Positions 60,847 through 64,000 of a stretch of DNA of 64,000 nucleotides are shown here, in pieces. Within the stretch, counting starts at the first letter, position 1. Each line of letters opens with the position of its first letter. The position numbers were made by a program, and so were the translations under genes. Origin of the DNA: an uncultured Anaeromyxobacteraceae bacterium (GTDB lineage Bacteria; Myxococcota_A; UBA9042; DTJE01); NCBI GenBank assembly GCA_964522105.1, contig CAZFVA010000008.1, forward strand, positions 20,225 to 84,224. The letters run 5' to 3'. The notes under the pieces are model-generated. The model made no database searches and was not told the DNA's origin. It was given only the letters and a program-made list of their open reading frames with translations.

Positions 60847-61362
60847 ATGCCTGCTAAGAAGGCCGATTCGAAATCCGAGATAAGCGCCGCCGTTAAAGGG
60901 GAAACTGCTGTCATTAAATTTCACAAGTCACTTTATTCGACCGACGCGCTTTTCGGCACGGCGTTTGTATTTCTTGACCGCTGCTACGTCCACCTTGATA
61001 TGGCCGGTGACGACCACATTGAAGTGACGCTGGCGTTAAGGCCGGATTCAGCCGTTTCGCTGGCCGCGCTTGCCGGTGAATTCAAGAACGAGATGGTCAA
61101 CCAGGCCCTCAGGTTCAAGCTGGCCAAGCAGACGGAAAAGGTCAGAACGATGATCGTCGGACGGGCCATCGGCGAAGCCATGCCTGCCGAAGAGCCTGCT
61201 GCGGATGGCCGCACATACCACTCGGTACCCGATCTGCCGCCGGAAGTTGCCAAACTTCTGAGTGAAGAAGAAGAAAGCCTGGACTTCCTGGACGACCCGT
61301 TTGGAATCGCCGTTCCGTGGGAAGAAAAGTACAACAAGGACAAGAAGCCTGAAGCCAAATGA
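60847..61362 (+). CDS. Hypothetical protein (171 aa), first gene of the paired radical SAM operon
   Basis: ATG follows a GGAGGA RBS. Globular N-terminal part (…AVIKFHKSLYSTDALFGTAFVFLDRCYVHLD…) with an acidic C-terminal tail. No family recognised. Confidence 0.5.
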   Translation: MPAKKADSKSEISAAVKGETAVIKFHKSLYSTDALFGTAFVFLDRCYVHLDMAGDDHIEVTLALRPDSAVSLAALAGEFKNEMVNQALRFKLAKQTEKVRTMIVGRAIGEAMPAEEPAADGRTYHSVPDLPPEVAKLLSEEEESLDFLDDPFGIAVPWEEKYNKDKKPEAK

Positions 61363-61386
61363 TTCGTCGCCCGCTGCGGAGATATT

Positions 61387-61602
61387 ATGAAAAGCAGTTT
61401 TCACAAGAAGATATACCCTCTTAAAGCCGTAAAAGCGGCCGTCGAGGCCTTTTCCGAAGTCGCAACAATCACCGTCGGAAAGGACGGTGATTACATCACA
61501 GTTGAACTCGAATCGGGCAACCCCACAGAAGATGCTGAATTTATGGGGGAATTCGAAAACTTCGTTCTGGGCGAAACTACAATGTTGCGAGGCGTCAAAT
61601 GA
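61387..61602 (+). CDS. Hypothetical small protein (71 aa), possible peptide chaperone or HxsD-like accessory
   Basis: GGAG RBS. The stop overlaps the ATG of the following rSAM (ATGA). No Cys and a beta-strand-rich centre (DYITVELE). Family unknown. Confidence 0.45.
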   Translation: MKSSFHKKIYPLKAVKAAVEAFSEVATITVGKDGDYITVELESGNPTEDAEFMGEFENFVLGETTMLRGVK

Positions 61603-63086
61603 CTTCGAAGCCCCTGAATAATCTGCTCAGATATCGCCAGGTCGGGGACAAGTTCGTTGTCACGAATGACATTGGCGAATTTGTTGTTTTGACCGCGGCC
61701 GAGCTGGACCTTCTGGCATCCGGCAAGGTTAAGGCCGGTTCCGAACTGGCTGATAGACTTCACGCGAAACATTTCCTGCTGAACGAAAACGAAGTCGAAA
61801 GTGCCGCCGACGCTTATGGCCGCAAGACTTCCTATCTGTACCACGGTCCTGTGCTGCACATCATGGTCATCACGCTGCGATGCAACCAGGTCTGCAAGTA
61901 CTGCCACGCAAGCCGTGCGTCGCTGCGCGAAACCGAAACAGACATGTCGATTGCGACCGCTGAAAAAGTGGTCGATATGGCGATGCGTTCACCGTCCGAC
62001 ACAATCACGATCGAGTTCCAGGGCGGCGAACCGCTGGTCAACTGGGAAACGGTCAAACACGTCGTTGAATACGGTTCACGCAAGGCCGATGCTGCCGGCA
62101 AGCGCGTCATGTTTTCACTGGTTTCCAACCTGTCACTTATTGATGACGAAAAGCTGGACTACCTGGTTTCCAGGCGCGTTCAGATTTCCACATCCCTTGA
62201 CGGCCCGAAGGACATCCACGACGGCAACCGCAAGCTGTCCGGCGCAAGCGCTTACGAAAAGTGCGTGTACTGGATGGACAGAATTAACGCCGCGTACGTC
62301 GCCGCCGGCCTTGACCCGAAGCTGTACCACGTTGAAGCACTGGCCACGATTACCAGGGAACACCTCGGCAGACCGAAAGACCTGGTCGATGAATACGTCG
62401 CCCGTGGCTGCCGCGCCATCTTCATGCGCCCGCTGAACCCGTTCGGTTACGCGAAGGCGACTGAAGACACGGTCGGATACTCGGCTGACGACTTCCTGAA
62501 GTTCTACAACGAAGCGCTGGACTACATTCTGGAACTGAACGGCCGCGGTATTGAAATCATGGAGCGCCTGGCTGCCATCTTCCTGACAAAGATCATGACG
62601 CCGGACGATCCGAACTACCTCGACATCAGAAACCCGTGCGGCGCCGGAATCGGCCAGATTGCGTACAACTACGACGGCTCGATCTTCACCTGTGACGAAG
62701 GCCGCATGGTCTATCAGATGGGCGATGACATTTTCAAGCTGGGCGAAGTCGGCAACATGACGCTGAAAGAAGTCGTCACCCATGACACGGTCAAGACGCT
62801 GGCGATGGCGTCAACACTTGACTCGCTGCCTGGCTGCGCGACGTGCGCCTACAAGCCGTGGTGCGGAACGTGTCCCGTGTACAACTACGGTGAACAGGGC
62901 AACATCTTCCCGCAGAACAGCACGAATCAGCGCTGCAAGATTTATATGGGTGTTCAGGACCGCCTGATGAAACACTTTGTCGAAGGTGACACAAAAACCA
63001 CCGACATCTTCAGCCGCTGGGTCGAGGTCAAAGACAGACCGGAATACCTTCACGACGGTCGTAAGCCGCAGGATCAGGGCCAGTAG
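61599..63086 (+). CDS. Radical SAM/SPASM domain enzyme with ~100-aa N-terminal extension (peptide-maturase-like; anSME/HxsB-type)
   Basis: CNQVCKYC (CxxxCxxC) and GGEPL. The SPASM domain is canonical: CGAGIGQIAYNYDGSIFTC, CATCAYKPWCGTC (Cx2Cx5Cx2C), and RCK. Confidence 0.85.
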   Translation: MTSKPLNNLLRYRQVGDKFVVTNDIGEFVVLTAAELDLLASGKVKAGSELADRLHAKHFLLNENEVESAADAYGRKTSYLYHGPVLHIMVITLRCNQVCKYCHASRASLRETETDMSIATAEKVVDMAMRSPSDTITIEFQGGEPLVNWETVKHVVEYGSRKADAAGKRVMFSLVSNLSLIDDEKLDYLVSRRVQISTSLDGPKDIHDGNRKLSGASAYEKCVYWMDRINAAYVAAGLDPKLYHVEALATITREHLGRPKDLVDEYVARGCRAIFMRPLNPFGYAKATEDTVGYSADDFLKFYNEALDYILELNGRGIEIMERLAAIFLTKIMTPDDPNYLDIRNPCGAGIGQIAYNYDGSIFTCDEGRMVYQMGDDIFKLGEVGNMTLKEVVTHDTVKTLAMASTLDSLPGCATCAYKPWCGTCPVYNYGEQGNIFPQNSTNQRCKIYMGVQDRLMKHFVEGDTKTTDIFSRWVEVKDRPEYLHDGRKPQDQGQ

Positions 63087-63103
63087 TCACTTCGAGGGCC
63101 CTG

Positions 63104-64000
63104 ATGAAGCAGCCCGCCACAACAGATCCAGTTGTAAAAGCCGTACTTAAAATTACGTACAGGTGCAACGCCAGATGTCTGTTCTGCAGGGCATCAGACT
63201 ACCGCACCACAGTCGATGACGAACCTGCCGAACAGATTCTGAAAAAGGCGCTGATGGCGCGGGAAGCCGGGGCCGGGATGATCCTGTTTTCAGGCGGGGA
63301 ACCGGCGTTGCGGCGCGACATATTCCTGCTTGCGAAAGGCGTCAGGGCGCTCGGGATGGAATTCGGACTGATTACGAACGGGTCGGTGCTGGCGAATCCT
63401 GCGTATCTGCAGAAGATGCTTGATGCGGGCCTGCGGTACGTCCACACGTCGCTGCACGGGGCATCTGCCGCCACACACGCCGCCATGACTGAACTGGACA
63501 GCTTCGACCTTGTCATGAAGCTGCTGGAACAGCTTGCGGAAACAGATGTCGATGTGCACGTCAACACAGTAATTACCCGCGCAAACGTGGGCGAGCTGGC
63601 CGCCATCGGGGACATGCTGGCGGCGCACGGCGCAATTACGCACAAACTGTGCCTGATGGAACCGCGTGGCCTTTTCTGTGAAAACGAGGCCGAGCTTCTG
63701 GTTCAACCGGAACTTGCAGGCAGGGCCGCGACCGACGAAGTTCACCGGACGACCGCTCTTTACGGCGCAACCGGATTTAAGACCGTGATCGAGGGATTCC
63801 CGCTTTGCCAGATCAGGTCGGCCCTTGATTCCGTTTCAAACCTGCTTGCCCACAACATCATTTTCATGAGCGAAGGCTTCGAAGATGCAATCTACCCGGC
63901 CGACCACGGCACCCGCGTTTTCACCGACATCTGCGCCGGATGTTCCGCCAGAAATGACTGCCCCGGCGTCTATCCTGGATACGTTGAAAGATTCGGGGTT
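63104..64000 (+). CDS. Second radical SAM enzyme (partial, continues beyond window end)
   Basis: CNARCLFC CxxxCxxC cluster 7 residues after the KAVLKITYR start, then GGEPALR. GAGGG RBS 17 nt after the previous stop. The frame is open to the window end (≥299 aa). Confidence 0.8.
   Translation, partial: MKQPATTDPVVKAVLKITYRCNARCLFCRASDYRTTVDDEPAEQILKKALMAREAGAGMILFSGGEPALRRDIFLLAKGVRALGMEFGLITNGSVLANPAYLQKMLDAGLRYVHTSLHGASAATHAAMTELDSFDLVMKLLEQLAETDVDVHVNTVITRANVGELAAIGDMLAAHGAITHKLCLMEPRGLFCENEAELLVQPELAGRAATDEVHRTTALYGATGFKTVIEGFPLCQIRSALDSVSNLLAHNIIFMSEGFEDAIYPADHGTRVFTDICAGCSARNDCPGVYPGYVERFGV

Noticed and set aside
60847-61362. His-Xaa-Ser repeat precursor (HxsA) among the small ORFs
   Set aside because: Neither small protein contains H-x-S repeats or any repetitive Cys/His core, so an HxsA assignment is not supported from this window.

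Overview
This is a 64 kb, roughly 60% GC chromosomal window. Its gene content suggests a deltaproteobacterial or Myxococcota-like organism: a FYDLN_acid zinc-ribbon protein, a DUF1844-trxA pair, Glt-like TPR/TonB-C envelope genes, and mreBCD-mrdA-rodA. Coding density is high on both strands. I found no CRISPR array, no rRNA, no transposase and no integrase.

Housekeeping genes:
- metG (5' part, at the window start), mpl, pyk, trxA, thiL
- a DnaK-like Hsp70 and a groEL with no groES upstream
- mreB-mreC-mreD-mrdA-rodA, psd, a PfkB sugar kinase, mtnP
- an ABC-F ATPase, rpe and tRNA-Pro(CGG)

Accessory or unusual blocks:
1. A radical SAM/SPASM enzyme translationally coupled to a membrane GT2 glycosyltransferase, sitting directly behind a consensus sigma70 promoter. 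A YhcG-like PDDEXK nuclease follows on the same strand.
2. An orphan hgdB/hgdA/hgdC-like operon (two 2-hydroxyacyl-CoA-dehydratase D-component paralogs plus a BcrAD/BadFG activase). Each gene overlaps the next by ATGA, and an SDR gene lies convergent to it.
3. A self-contained molybdenum-cofactor module: a Tat-secreted sulfite-oxidase-family molybdoenzyme, a TauE/SafE permease, moeA, moaA, moaC and a MOSC-MogA fusion.
4. A minus-strand envelope cluster of three large TPR proteins, a small secreted protein and an FHA-like/TM/Gly-rich/TonB-C protein. The order matches GltD-E-F-G (AgmU/AglT/PglI) of the gliding/Nfs machinery. A predicted OM beta-barrel and a short Wza-like OPX protein lacking the C-terminal OM helix lie immediately downstream.
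5. A secreted-lipoprotein region in which a lipase (LIP family) and a neutral-ceramidase-like gene sit between two exact 42 bp direct repeats. The repeat duplicates the coding tail of the upstream lipoprotein.
6. At the window end, downstream of tRNA-Pro, a tightly coupled four-gene operon: two small proteins, a canonical radical SAM/SPASM enzyme with a roughly 100-aa N-terminal extension, and a second radical SAM enzyme (HxsB/HxsC-like paired-rSAM architecture). I consider this the best candidate for an undescribed maturation system.
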